Positions 46,308-55,965 of a stretch of DNA of 64,000 bases are shown one piece after another. Where the stretch lies: NCBI GenBank assembly GCA_016716185.1, contig JADJWV010000003.1, positions 23,759 through 87,758 of the forward strand. Direction: 5' to 3'. Numbering within the stretch: position 1 is the stretch's first letter; every line of letters starts with the position of its first letter. Made by a program: the position numbers and the translations under genes. The notes under the pieces are model-generated. The model saw only the letters and a program-made list of their open reading frames with translations. It was not told the DNA's origin and ran no database searches. The stretch is from Saprospiraceae bacterium (lineage in GTDB: Bacteria; Bacteroidota; Bacteroidia; Chitinophagales; Saprospiraceae).

Positions 46308-49300
46308 ATGAAATACATAAGCGTATTTACTTTTCTTTTGATTTCAGCTGGCATTGCTTTTTCCCAATCCAACGATTCTTTGCTCAGAATTCAATTCAAT
46401 TTAATGATCAAAGCTTCTTTGAAGAGTATGAATGTCGCACGATATGAAGAGGCTCACGCGTTGACAAATTCTGCTGAAAAATTAGTTTTGGATTCCATGA
46501 CTTTACCATCTCCACTTTTGGGAAATTGTTGCTTCAACCGGGCCAGGATCTATCGGAGAAAAAAAGATTTTGACAGCGCGGAAATATGGTTCATCAAGTC
46601 AAAAGAAAGCTGGGAAAATACATTGGGAAAATACCATCCCCTTTATCTGAATTCAATTTATCAGTTGGGCCTGATGTATCGGGAAATGCATCAATATAAG
46701 AAAGCCGTTGATGCTTTTCTGGATCTCAAGCAAAATTTAAATGAATCCGTAAGTAGAAAAGATTCTTCATACCTTGAATGCCTGAATAGTCTGGGCCTTT
46801 GCTATTTGGATTTAGAAAAATTTTCTAAAGCAGAGTTGATTTTAACCGAAGCTTATGATAATCTATACGACTCCTCTGGTCGAATACATCCATTGGCTTC
46901 AAATACGCTCAACAATTTAGCATTGCTTTATAAAAAGACAGCTCAATTTGAAAAAGCAGTTAGTAGCCTGAAAGAAGTGTTAAAAATACGTGAAAAAAGC
47001 ATCGGCAAAAGAAACCTGATCTACACAATTTCACTTGGGAATTTGGCCTCCTTGTATAAAGAAATTGGAAATTATGAAAATGCAGAAGATTATTATTTGG
47101 AAGCTTTTAATTTAAGAAGAGAAATTTTCGGAGAGAACCATGTATATACCCTGGGAAGTCTGGAAAACATCGCTGGACTGTACAGAGAAATGGGAAATAA
47201 AGACAAAGCCATCGAATTATATAAACAGGTTAACGAAGGCCGAAAAAGGTTGCTCGGAAAAATGCATTCGGTATATGGTATTGGTCTGAATCATTTAGCA
47301 AATACGTACAATGAAATAAATAAACCCAACGAGGCCATGCTTCTTTATAAAGAACTTCTGAATTTAAGAGCCCACAATCTGCCCACATATCAAAAAGAGT
47401 ACGTAGAAACTATGAATAAGCTGACCGGAATATATTTGAAGCTCGACAGTTTTGATCTGGCAATGGGCATGAATAACTTCGCCCTCTTGTATTGCGATTC
47501 TGTTTTTGGCAGATCAAACGCTCTTTATGCTAATAGTTTAAGTCAGCGGGGATTACTCGAAAAACAACTTGGACATTGCGATGAAGCTCAACAACATTTT
47601 CTGGAAGCATCAAAAATATATAAAGATATATTTGGACAGGATCATTACAAATATGCTGAAAGTATTGAAGACCTTGCATCTCTGCACCTTGATTTAGGTA
47701 ATTATAAGGAGGCAGAGCCTCTTTTTATAGAGTCTGCTAAAATAAAAAAGCAGGTGCTCGGCAGAAAGCACAACCTGTATATCGCGAGTCTTGATCAACT
47801 TGGCGAATTCTATGAATTGCAAAAAAAATACAGATCTTCAGATCCATTATTCAGAGAAATCAGCGATCGCGATCAGGAGCAGCTGAACATGGCCACAGGG
47901 TTTTTAACCGAAAGAGAATTGGAAAGTTTCACACAATCATTCATTGAGCGCTCAGACAAACTTGGGAGTTATGTTATATTGAGATCGCAACAACCAAACG
48001 AGCAAGGATATTTGTCCACTTATGTATTGAATAATAATTTATTTTATAAAGGCTTTTTATTGACTTCTGCCAAGCAACTCAATAAACAGGCTTCGATTAC
48101 GGAGGAAGCGTTAAAATTAAATTCGGAATTAAAGAACCTGAGAAGGCTATTGGGTAGATCATATATCAGTCCTTTGGCTAATTCTGAAGAAATAAAAAAT
48201 CTGGAAGAACGAGCCAATCAACTCGAAAAAGAATTAAGAAAAATGATTAGTGGTTACACCGAAGCGAATGAAAGTATCAGGTGGCAACAAATTCAACAGG
48301 TATTAAGTGAACAGGAAGCCGCTCTTGAATTTATACATTTCAAAGACATTTCAGACACCATCAACCATTCCATTCAATACGCTGCAATAATCATCAAAGC
48401 CGGCAGCAAAGAACCACAATTTATACCCTTATTTAAAGAAAGTGCACTGATATCCCTGCTGCCTTCGAATTCAGAATTTCAATCATCGATCATAACAAAT
48501 TTGTATTCCAGTCACAGAGGTTCTTCGAAATCATTGACAAAAAAGAAACCCGATTTGTATGAGCTCATTTGGCAACCGCTGGATTCTGTGTTAAATGACG
48601 TGAAGACAATTTATTATTCACCGACCGGTGTCTTGCATCGTTTAAATTTAAATGCCATTCCGGTAAAGGCCAAAACAATTCTTGCAGATCAGTTTGAATT
48701 GATCAATGTTAACAGCACGCGGCAATTAGCGGCATCCACACAAATATATAGCACGAACAGTACGGCACTATTATATGGGGGAATTGATTATAACCAATCG
48801 ATTGATCAACCCTCTGGTCCAATACAAGGTCAGCCGGTCATTGAAAATATATCGGTTTTCCAACAGAATACTGATTCTGGCGATGAAGAAGCATTTTCAT
48901 TTCTTCCAGGCACAGAAGAAGAAGTTGATTCTATTTGCAAGACCATGCAACTGGCCGGATTAAAAGTCGATATTAAAAAAGGACAAGAGGCTACAGAATC
49001 TTATTTTAAAAGCATTTGTCAGGATCATAGTGAATCGCCACGGGTTATCTTCCTCGGCACACATGGTTATTTTTTCCAGTCGTCAGCCAATCAAAATGAG
49101 ATTGCCAAAACAACAGCTTCCAAAGATTCAGAGCCTGTTTTTAAAACAAGCTCAGATCCTATGTTCCGTTCCGGACTGATATTAGCAGGAGGTAATGTTT
49201 CATGGCGGGGAAAACAAATGGAGCCAGGCCAGGACGATGGAATATTGACCGCCTACGAAATCAGTCAGTTGAATTTGTCTAACACAGAACTTGTAGTTTT

Positions 49301-49571
49301 ATCTGCCTGTGAAACTGGATTAGGCGATTTGCGGGGAAGCGAAGGAGTCTACGGATTGCAACGCGCATTCAGAATTGCAGGTGTCAAACATCTCATTATG
49401 AGTTTGTGGGAGGTTCCGGATGGATCAACAACTCGCTTAATGATGGAATTCACTAAAAATTGGTTATTAGAAAATATGACCATTTCCACTGCATTATATA
49501 CAGCACAAAAATCATTAAGAGAAATGGGGTTTGACCCTTATCAATGGGCGGGTTTTGTGCTCGTGGAATAA
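46308..49571 (+). CDS. Exported TPR-repeat protein with C-terminal CHAT (caspase-fold) protease domain
   Basis: Signal peptide MKYISVFTFLLISAGIAFSQ and ~12 TPR_12-like units (LNNLALLYKKTAQFEKA etc.). The C-terminal domain has His in FLGTHGYF (49062-49064) and Cys in LSACETG (49308-49310). Confidence 0.8.
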   Translation: MKYISVFTFLLISAGIAFSQSNDSLLRIQFNLMIKASLKSMNVARYEEAHALTNSAEKLVLDSMTLPSPLLGNCCFNRARIYRRKKDFDSAEIWFIKSKESWENTLGKYHPLYLNSIYQLGLMYREMHQYKKAVDAFLDLKQNLNESVSRKDSSYLECLNSLGLCYLDLEKFSKAELILTEAYDNLYDSSGRIHPLASNTLNNLALLYKKTAQFEKAVSSLKEVLKIREKSIGKRNLIYTISLGNLASLYKEIGNYENAEDYYLEAFNLRREIFGENHVYTLGSLENIAGLYREMGNKDKAIELYKQVNEGRKRLLGKMHSVYGIGLNHLANTYNEINKPNEAMLLYKELLNLRAHNLPTYQKEYVETMNKLTGIYLKLDSFDLAMGMNNFALLYCDSVFGRSNALYANSLSQRGLLEKQLGHCDEAQQHFLEASKIYKDIFGQDHYKYAESIEDLASLHLDLGNYKEAEPLFIESAKIKKQVLGRKHNLYIASLDQLGEFYELQKKYRSSDPLFREISDRDQEQLNMATGFLTERELESFTQSFIERSDKLGSYVILRSQQPNEQGYLSTYVLNNNLFYKGFLLTSAKQLNKQASITEEALKLNSELKNLRRLLGRSYISPLANSEEIKNLEERANQLEKELRKMISGYTEANESIRWQQIQQVLSEQEAALEFIHFKDISDTINHSIQYAAIIIKAGSKEPQFIPLFKESALISLLPSNSEFQSSIITNLYSSHRGSSKSLTKKKPDLYELIWQPLDSVLNDVKTIYYSPTGVLHRLNLNAIPVKAKTILADQFELINVNSTRQLAASTQIYSTNSTALLYGGIDYNQSIDQPSGPIQGQPVIENISVFQQNTDSGDEEAFSFLPGTEEEVDSICKTMQLAGLKVDIKKGQEATESYFKSICQDHSESPRVIFLGTHGYFFQSSANQNEIAKTTASKDSEPVFKTSSDPMFRSGLILAGGNVSWRGKQMEPGQDDGILTAYEISQLNLSNTELVVLSACETGLGDLRGSEGVYGLQRAFRIAGVKHLIMSLWEVPDGSTTRLMMEFTKNWLLENMTISTALYTAQKSLREMGFDPYQWAGFVLVE

Positions 49572-49596
49572 TTTCCAACAAAGGTCATCGAATGAA

Positions 49597-50235
49597 TTAT
49601 TTATCCGTTCCTAAATCGTAAATTTCTCTGATAGATTCGAGGACATTAATAAAATTTATTTTTAAATCAATTAGTTTTCCACTTTTAACATCAAAAACCC
49701 AACCATGCACAAGCGGCCCTCCGGTGGTCAGATAACTTTTTTGCCATCGAGCCATTTTAATGATATTAACGAGTTGTTCCTGAACATTCAATTCTACCAG
49801 CCTGTCGTATCTGGCATTTTCATAGGTGATGGAGTTGAGTTCTTCTTTATGTAGTCTGTATACATCCCGAATATTTCTCAACCAAGGATTGAGAATACCC
49901 AAATCAGAACTGACCATTGCAGCTTTCACTCCTCCACACAGATAATGTCCACAAACAATGATATGTTTTACTTTCAAGTGTGCGATTGCATATTCAACTA
50001 CAGCCGCAGAATTGTTGTCGTTGTTAGGTACAAGATTGGCAACATTCCGGTGAATAAAAACGTCTCCTGGCGAAGCCCCCATCAATTCTTCAGCGGTTAC
50101 GCGGCTGTCGCTACAACCGATGAATAAATAATCAGGATTCTGGCCCGAAGCAAGTTTTTCAAAATATTCGCTGTCCGCTCCAAGTTTATCAGCGATCCAA
50201 TTCTGATTGTTTTTAAAAATTTGTTCGTACTTCAT
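49597..50235 (-). CDS. Beta-class carbonic anhydrase
   Basis: Zinc ligands and active-site motifs CSDSR, HRNVANL and CGHYLCGG. Confidence 0.88.
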   Translation of the reverse strand: MKYEQIFKNNQNWIADKLGADSEYFEKLASGQNPDYLFIGCSDSRVTAEELMGASPGDVFIHRNVANLVPNNDNNSAAVVEYAIAHLKVKHIIVCGHYLCGGVKAAMVSSDLGILNPWLRNIRDVYRLHKEELNSITYENARYDRLVELNVQEQLVNIIKMARWQKSYLTTGGPLVHGWVFDVKSGKLIDLKINFINVLESIREIYDLGTDK

Positions 50236-50299
50236 ATTACTTGCAAAGGTAAAGCTCCGTAAATATAAAGTAGAATTGCCTCAGATTTTGCTTAAAAAT

Positions 50300-50333
50300 A
50301 AAAAAACCAGTCCGGATTACCTGACTGGTTTTT
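50300..50333 (-). terminator. Intrinsic terminator downstream of CDS 50353..50796
   Basis: Stem AACCAGTC / GACTGGTT (50305-50312 / 50323-50330) flanked by an A-run and a T-run. On the minus strand the hairpin is followed by TTTTTTT. Confidence 0.7.
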
Positions 50334-50352
50334 ATAATCGAAAGGATGTATT

Positions 50353-50796
50353 TTAATTTTGTTTTTCCATAGTTTTATTCACAGAATGCTTTTTAACAGT
50401 AGGCTTACGAGGTATAAATTCGATTAATGCATCGTCATCAATCTTTTCATACTTAACCGTAATTTTTGTTGCTCCCGGTCTGCAAATATCGACCTTTTTC
50501 ACATCAGTGAGCTCTTTGCCTTGAGCGCATACCTGAATCATATCAGGAGATTTTTTAGCGTCAGCAGGAACAGAAACAGCATATTTCACACAACCTTTTC
50601 TTACGATCAGATCAACACAATCTGTTTCTTTTGTCACTTCTCCTCTCTTGCCACTAGGAGTCACTTTTGAATAATCTGCATCAGCAACCGGGGCTGTTGA
50701 TTTTGTTGGAGCATTCTGGGCCGCCAAATTGCTGGAAATAGTCAATACAAACAGAAATGCAAAAAAACTTAAACTTTTACTTAAAATAGTTTTCAT
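50353..50796 (-). CDS. Small exported four-Cys protein, unknown function
   Basis: Signal peptide MKTILSKSLSFFAFLFVLTISSNLAAQ. Lys-rich, with 4 Cys. It lies 110 nt downstream of the C14-TPR gene and is followed by a terminator. Confidence 0.55.
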   Translation of the reverse strand: MKTILSKSLSFFAFLFVLTISSNLAAQNAPTKSTAPVADADYSKVTPSGKRGEVTKETDCVDLIVRKGCVKYAVSVPADAKKSPDMIQVCAQGKELTDVKKVDICRPGATKITVKYEKIDDDALIEFIPRKPTVKKHSVNKTMEKQN

Positions 50797-50906
50797 AAAA
50801 TAATTTTTTTTTAAATGATTGAAATAAAATTTATCGTTTAGTTATATAAATGTATAAAAAATACGTGTTGGTTATCAGTTCAGAACCTAATTAAATTAAA
50901 AATACA

Positions 50907-53045
50907 TCATTTTTTTTGTTCTGAACTGAAATATTTGGCCATAAGTGAATTCCACTTAGTAGAATCTGCTTTTAATGGTTCCAGGCTTTGATCTTCCGAA
51001 AGATGTTTGTAATCATTCCACCCGTTCTGTATGGCTGCTTCCAGATATCTGAATGCCAGGTCAGATTGGTTTTCACCTGCGTAAAAACAGGCTAGATTGT
51101 AATTAAAATAAGGTCCATAAGGATCAAGTTCGTAAGCCCTTTTAAATGCCTCTTCGGCAGCTTTTTTATCCTGCTGCAGATAATGGACAAACCCAAGATT
51201 GGAATGGGCCATTGGATATTCAGCATCCATCGCAATGGCTTTCAGATAATGAGTCTTCGCAAGTTCTAACTGATTTGAATATAAATAAACATTACCTAAT
51301 AAATTGTGTGCTGACATATGATTTGAATCCATAGCAATGGTCTGCATTAAATAATATTCTGCTTTTTTGAAATCACCCAAGACATCGTAAAAAATCGCAT
51401 TGGAATACGTGGCAACCATCGTTGTTGAATCTATGGCATTGATTTTATCGAGATAATACTTCGCTTTTTCTTTATTTCTAAATTTATCTGCAAACATAAA
51501 CACGAGGTTTGCATAGGGAAGCTGCCAGGACGGGTTCAGGGCTATGGCCTTTTCCGTAAAATATTCAGCAGAATCCATTTGCATGAGATTAAACCCGTAG
51601 GCAAAATTCATCGCCCAATAGATGTGCGGCATATCGGACTGATATTTCAAAGATTCATACAATTTGTCCAGAGCTTTCCTGCCAATTTCTTCGTTTTTGT
51701 TTTTATTTTCAAGGTGTAACAAATAGGCTTCAAAAAAGTACTTCCTGGCCTTCAGGATCGGATACATGTAATGATTCTGGCCAAGCAATTCCCAAGCGCG
51801 TTCGAGATAAGAAGGATACACTGAGTATTTTTCAATAGCTGTTCTTTTGGACAAACTGAGTTCTACCAATTCAGACCGCAGGAATCTGTTTAAAACCTGT
51901 TGGGCATCATCTTGTAATGCGGCGGCATAATTTCTTTTCATTGAATTCAACAAACTTCCAAGGGTGGTGTCTTTTTCCAGGATTTTGTAATAATAGTCTG
52001 CACAATCAGATGCCGGTGCAAAAAAAGATTTTTGTGTAAGACATTCCTTAAATCTGTAGTACTTCAATTTTACAAGCGAATCCACCTTGGAAAGGATTTC
52101 GTCTTCCAGTCCTCTGCTTTCAGTTTTTACAAATGCTACAATTTGACCTTCTTTGCTTTTTTTCAATTGAGCCAAAACGCTTTTGTCAACGATACCTATT
52201 TGTTCGGTTTTATTTCCGATAATGACAGGTATCTGACTTTGCGGAGCTACTTCCTCAATCACATGATCTTCCAGGTAACGGTTTATTTCGTGCAAAGAAA
52301 TGATGGCATCTGAATTTTTATCGGCAAGTCCCATCAATCCATCCACCAGATGATAACTAAATACCCCACGGCCCCCACCCCATTGCTCTCCCTCCAGGGA
52401 AAATTCATTTGGCTGACAGGATAGTATTTTTATTTCGTTTGAATATTGTCTGGCCAGATTAGCTGCAGTAGCCTGAGTACCTCCTATTTGATTGCCTGAT
52501 AATTTACCGGAGTGACATGCATCAGCCACCATCACTACTTTGGATTTGTTTTGAGTGGATAGCGTGTTGATGATTTCTTCAAGATAGGCTAAGCCAAAAG
52601 CGCCTCCAGACATATATACCCGGCCGGGAGCATCCCAACACAAGAGAAAACCTGGTTGTGAAACCGTTTTGCGTTCGACATCGCCGTGCCCTGAAAAATA
52701 TATAATTGCACGGTCACCTTCTTTGCATACTTCCAGCAACCAATCCAACGCAGAAGCAAACTGACCCAAAGTAGCGTTTGAGTTCAACAGGATTTTCAGG
52801 TGATCTTCATCAAGGCCGCCACCTGCCGGGGTCTTTAAGTATGCTGCAAAAGCATTTGCGTCTTTGTCGGCATATTTTAAATCGGGGATGGAAGGGTCCT
52901 GATAATCGGAAATCCCAACAACAATTGCATAAGTTTTATTAGTGGCTTGTGCCCCACTTGAAGGAATAGCCCCAACACCTTTTGTTTGTGAAAACGAAAG
53001 ATTGATCCCCGATATGAATAAAACTAAAATAATAAATTTCCCCAC
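50907..53045 (-). CDS. Exported caspase-like (peptidase C14) domain fused to C-terminal TPR repeats
   Basis: Signal peptide. YAIVVGISDYQD, His in IIYFSGHGD (52686-52688) and Cys in VADACHSG (52515-52517). The C-terminal half is TPR-like (AEYYLMQTIAMDSNH, AKTHYLKAIAMDAEY, AEEAFKRAYELDP). Confidence 0.8.
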   Translation of the reverse strand: MGKFIILVLFISGINLSFSQTKGVGAIPSSGAQATNKTYAIVVGISDYQDPSIPDLKYADKDANAFAAYLKTPAGGGLDEDHLKILLNSNATLGQFASALDWLLEVCKEGDRAIIYFSGHGDVERKTVSQPGFLLCWDAPGRVYMSGGAFGLAYLEEIINTLSTQNKSKVVMVADACHSGKLSGNQIGGTQATAANLARQYSNEIKILSCQPNEFSLEGEQWGGGRGVFSYHLVDGLMGLADKNSDAIISLHEINRYLEDHVIEEVAPQSQIPVIIGNKTEQIGIVDKSVLAQLKKSKEGQIVAFVKTESRGLEDEILSKVDSLVKLKYYRFKECLTQKSFFAPASDCADYYYKILEKDTTLGSLLNSMKRNYAAALQDDAQQVLNRFLRSELVELSLSKRTAIEKYSVYPSYLERAWELLGQNHYMYPILKARKYFFEAYLLHLENKNKNEEIGRKALDKLYESLKYQSDMPHIYWAMNFAYGFNLMQMDSAEYFTEKAIALNPSWQLPYANLVFMFADKFRNKEKAKYYLDKINAIDSTTMVATYSNAIFYDVLGDFKKAEYYLMQTIAMDSNHMSAHNLLGNVYLYSNQLELAKTHYLKAIAMDAEYPMAHSNLGFVHYLQQDKKAAEEAFKRAYELDPYGPYFNYNLACFYAGENQSDLAFRYLEAAIQNGWNDYKHLSEDQSLEPLKADSTKWNSLMAKYFSSEQKK

Positions 53046-53668
53046 TAAAATCTATTGATTTTTGAAAACTTGAAACTTTGTCTTATTTGCTAAGGCCTCA
53101 GGCTAAGGGTAAAAAGGTTTTAAGATATAAAGGCCAGATGCAATTTTTTATGCAATCCACTATTTACGTTTCATTCCCTTAATCTGCATTCTTCCTCTCA
53201 AAACCATCCATGAACCGATTTATATCTTCTACGATCCATCATCCACCGATCTTCAACTATTCTCTGGAAAGAATGAGCCTTTTGCATTGAAACGTTTAAT
53301 CTCCGCAATCGTTATTGCAATTCTGGTTTTTGGACCATCTGTTGGATGGTATACCAGATTATCTCAATTTAGACTCAAATTTAACTTTAAAATTGAATTT
53401 ATTGTTGTATTTGTATCGAAATATTCCAACTTCACTCCTGTTACATAAATTCAGAATAGAAAAAATTCTAATTTGAACTTATAAAAACGATCAACATCCT
53501 TTATAAAATTCCCTAAAGGGTATTTAAAATCAGATTTCTCTTAGCAATCAAATTTTAGAACATTTCGTATGGAATAATCTTGAATATTGAAGTAAAAGCC
53601 AAAAGAAATATTATTAAAAAATTAATTTTTCAAAACGTATTATTTTTACTTAAGGCAAGATCCTAAAA

Positions 53669-54595
53669 TCAATACTGAGACTCTAATTGCAGCTTGAGTA
53701 AGGATTCATAATAAGACTGAACATAATCAGTTAATTGCACATTCTCTGGATTTTTAGAGCATTTTTGCCAACCATAAAACATGGCATAATTCACAAAACC
53801 CAATTCTTCCAGAGATTTCATGATGAAAACGGTACGAGGTAAATCTTGCAATTCCGTTTGAGAATGGATAATTTGTTGTTCCAATTCATCGATCAGAACC
53901 TGATATGCCCCAGGTTCTGACAATCTAAAAGTCGATGCATTAACATCGGCAGTAGTACCGGCCACTCTGACTGTCCAATAATATTCGTTTCCAGGCTGCA
54001 ATCTTTCAAGGTAATTATCCAAAGAATATTCTTTATTCCTGGTACTGGTGGAATAGATTTTAGATCTGGTATCAAGAGCGTATAGATCAAATTCATAAGT
54101 ACAAGTATCACAAAAATGTGTCCATTTGAAAGGAAGAGCAGATGTTTCAGATGGCACAACACCTGAAAAAGGAAAATTCAGAATGGCTAATGTTGCATCT
54201 CCTCTGGAAATGGCATGAACAGTATTTTTATAACTATCTTTGGATTCAGAAGAATGCTTGGCTTCTAGAAAAGACTTAATAAATCCTCCCAATTTATTTA
54301 AAAAAGAACTTTCAGATGTTCTTAAAAAATTCAAAGCACCAATATTGTATATACCTGCTTGAGTGACCTCGCATTGTTCGCCGGATTGCTTGATGAATCG
54401 CACTTTGGAATTTTTGCTCAGTATTAATTTTTGGTTGGAAGAAACAGGACCAAAACTCAATGCCCTGGAATGTGATTCGTTTTCACCCTGATTGCAGATG
54501 CGTACCTGCCCTTCTATGTGAACAGCCATGATATCCTGACCACAGCACATCGCTGTAAAACACATGAAAATACCGACAATCCAGAATAAGCGCAT
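53669..54595 (-). CDS. Exported hypothetical protein, last gene of the caspase/ECF/CHASE2 cluster (possible FecR-like N-terminal region)
   Basis: Signal or lipoprotein-like N-terminus MRLFWIVGIFMCFTAMCCGQ. The N-terminal VHIEGQVRI ... QKLILSKNSKVRFI pattern is reminiscent of FecR-type sensors, but this is a weak call. Confidence 0.45.
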   Translation of the reverse strand: MRLFWIVGIFMCFTAMCCGQDIMAVHIEGQVRICNQGENESHSRALSFGPVSSNQKLILSKNSKVRFIKQSGEQCEVTQAGIYNIGALNFLRTSESSFLNKLGGFIKSFLEAKHSSESKDSYKNTVHAISRGDATLAILNFPFSGVVPSETSALPFKWTHFCDTCTYEFDLYALDTRSKIYSTSTRNKEYSLDNYLERLQPGNEYYWTVRVAGTTADVNASTFRLSEPGAYQVLIDELEQQIIHSQTELQDLPRTVFIMKSLEELGFVNYAMFYGWQKCSKNPENVQLTDYVQSYYESLLKLQLESQY

Positions 54596-54687
54596 ATAAG
54601 ATCTGTTTATTTAGAGTCCTTATTTAGTTATTTGGTTATCAGGGTAGCTCAAAGTTATGATAAAAAGTGCGGATTAGCTAATTCTAC

Positions 54688-55956
54688 TCAGCTTTTTGAA
54701 ATGAGCCGGTTTCGACGAGTCCAAAGCCCAATTTCATCGAGAAAAACCTGGACTTTAGCTTTGAGCTTTAACTCATAGATCTCGTAAAATTCAAACGAAA
54801 GAATGACGCAAGTGGCTAGGAAAGTAAATCCAAGTTTTATGTTAAGATTAATCAAAAGGAAAATACAAGTGGCAAGAATGATAAAAAATTCAATAACCTG
54901 AAGAAAACGAATATAGGGCAAAGACCGGAAAAAATTAAAATGATGCAGGGTTTTAAAAAGAAAAAAATTAAATAGAAATAACATTATCGCCAGATAATAA
55001 ATCGTTGACTCCGGAATATCCCTGATGTAATCGCCATCCAGAATCATAGAAATAATATTGGCATGCACAATAACTCCATACATGTCCGGATGGGATCTTC
55101 CTGTATACTGTTCGTTCAGAGGAGTGTAATGCCTGTCTTTCATAGAATAAGCATTTTCATCCTCGCCACAAAATCCAATCAAGACTATTTTATTTGCGAG
55201 CTGTTCCTTTTCATACTGAGCTGTATCGGATAAAAACTGGTCCATTTCTATCAGATCGTAATGAATTACCTGAGAAGAATTGATGGGATATTGCATGTTG
55301 ACCGCTCCAGGCTGAACCCTTTTGAAATTGATCCATTCCAATTGGCTTTTTCTGGCTCTGATTTGACTCGTTAATTCCGGATTAAACAGATCGGCCAGTT
55401 CAACTGCAAATGCATTTCTATCAACGCCCTCCACCTTGTGAAAAGGTTCAAATGCACGCACCGAAAATCCATCGTTTGTTGCAATGTTTACATAGCCCAC
55501 CCGGTTGCCTTGATCAAAGAATGGATGAGGGTAAAATCCAATTTTCGAATCTTCGTGATATCTACCCTCATTAAATGTAAAACCCAATACCGTCTGTTTC
55601 GCGCCCATCAAAGACTTTTGCAACAAACTATCTTCCGGCAATTGGTAAAAGCTATCCAGCAGAATATCAAGCCCTATGGCTTTTGCATCTACCCTGTTCA
55701 AATAATCAAGGGTATGTGCAATTTTTTTCCGATCTGTTTTCCCGGAATTCAGGACGAGAATTCTTCCATCGTAAAATGACGGATCTGTATGATTTCTAAA
55801 TTTCGAAAAAGCAATATCCATGAGGTCGTGCCCTTTAATTGCTTCGCTGAAGGGATCAATAAAGAGCTGATTTACCGGCAGATGGTGAATGATATAGAGC
55901 ACCAATAAACTACCCAGTGAATAGACGCACCCATGTAAAAATGTCTGTACCTTCAA
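54688..55956 (-). CDS. CHASE2-domain membrane sensor without recognisable output domain
   Basis: N-terminal TM, then ILVLNSGKTDRKKIAHTLDYLNRVDAKAIGLDILLD (CHASE2 signature region). Three C-terminal TM helices and only a ~30-aa tail. Confidence 0.7.
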   Translation of the reverse strand: MKVQTFLHGCVYSLGSLLVLYIIHHLPVNQLFIDPFSEAIKGHDLMDIAFSKFRNHTDPSFYDGRILVLNSGKTDRKKIAHTLDYLNRVDAKAIGLDILLDSFYQLPEDSLLQKSLMGAKQTVLGFTFNEGRYHEDSKIGFYPHPFFDQGNRVGYVNIATNDGFSVRAFEPFHKVEGVDRNAFAVELADLFNPELTSQIRARKSQLEWINFKRVQPGAVNMQYPINSSQVIHYDLIEMDQFLSDTAQYEKEQLANKIVLIGFCGEDENAYSMKDRHYTPLNEQYTGRSHPDMYGVIVHANIISMILDGDYIRDIPESTIYYLAIMLFLFNFFLFKTLHHFNFFRSLPYIRFLQVIEFFIILATCIFLLINLNIKLGFTFLATCVILSFEFYEIYELKLKAKVQVFLDEIGLWTRRNRLISKS

Positions 55957-55965
55957 AACTTGGAC

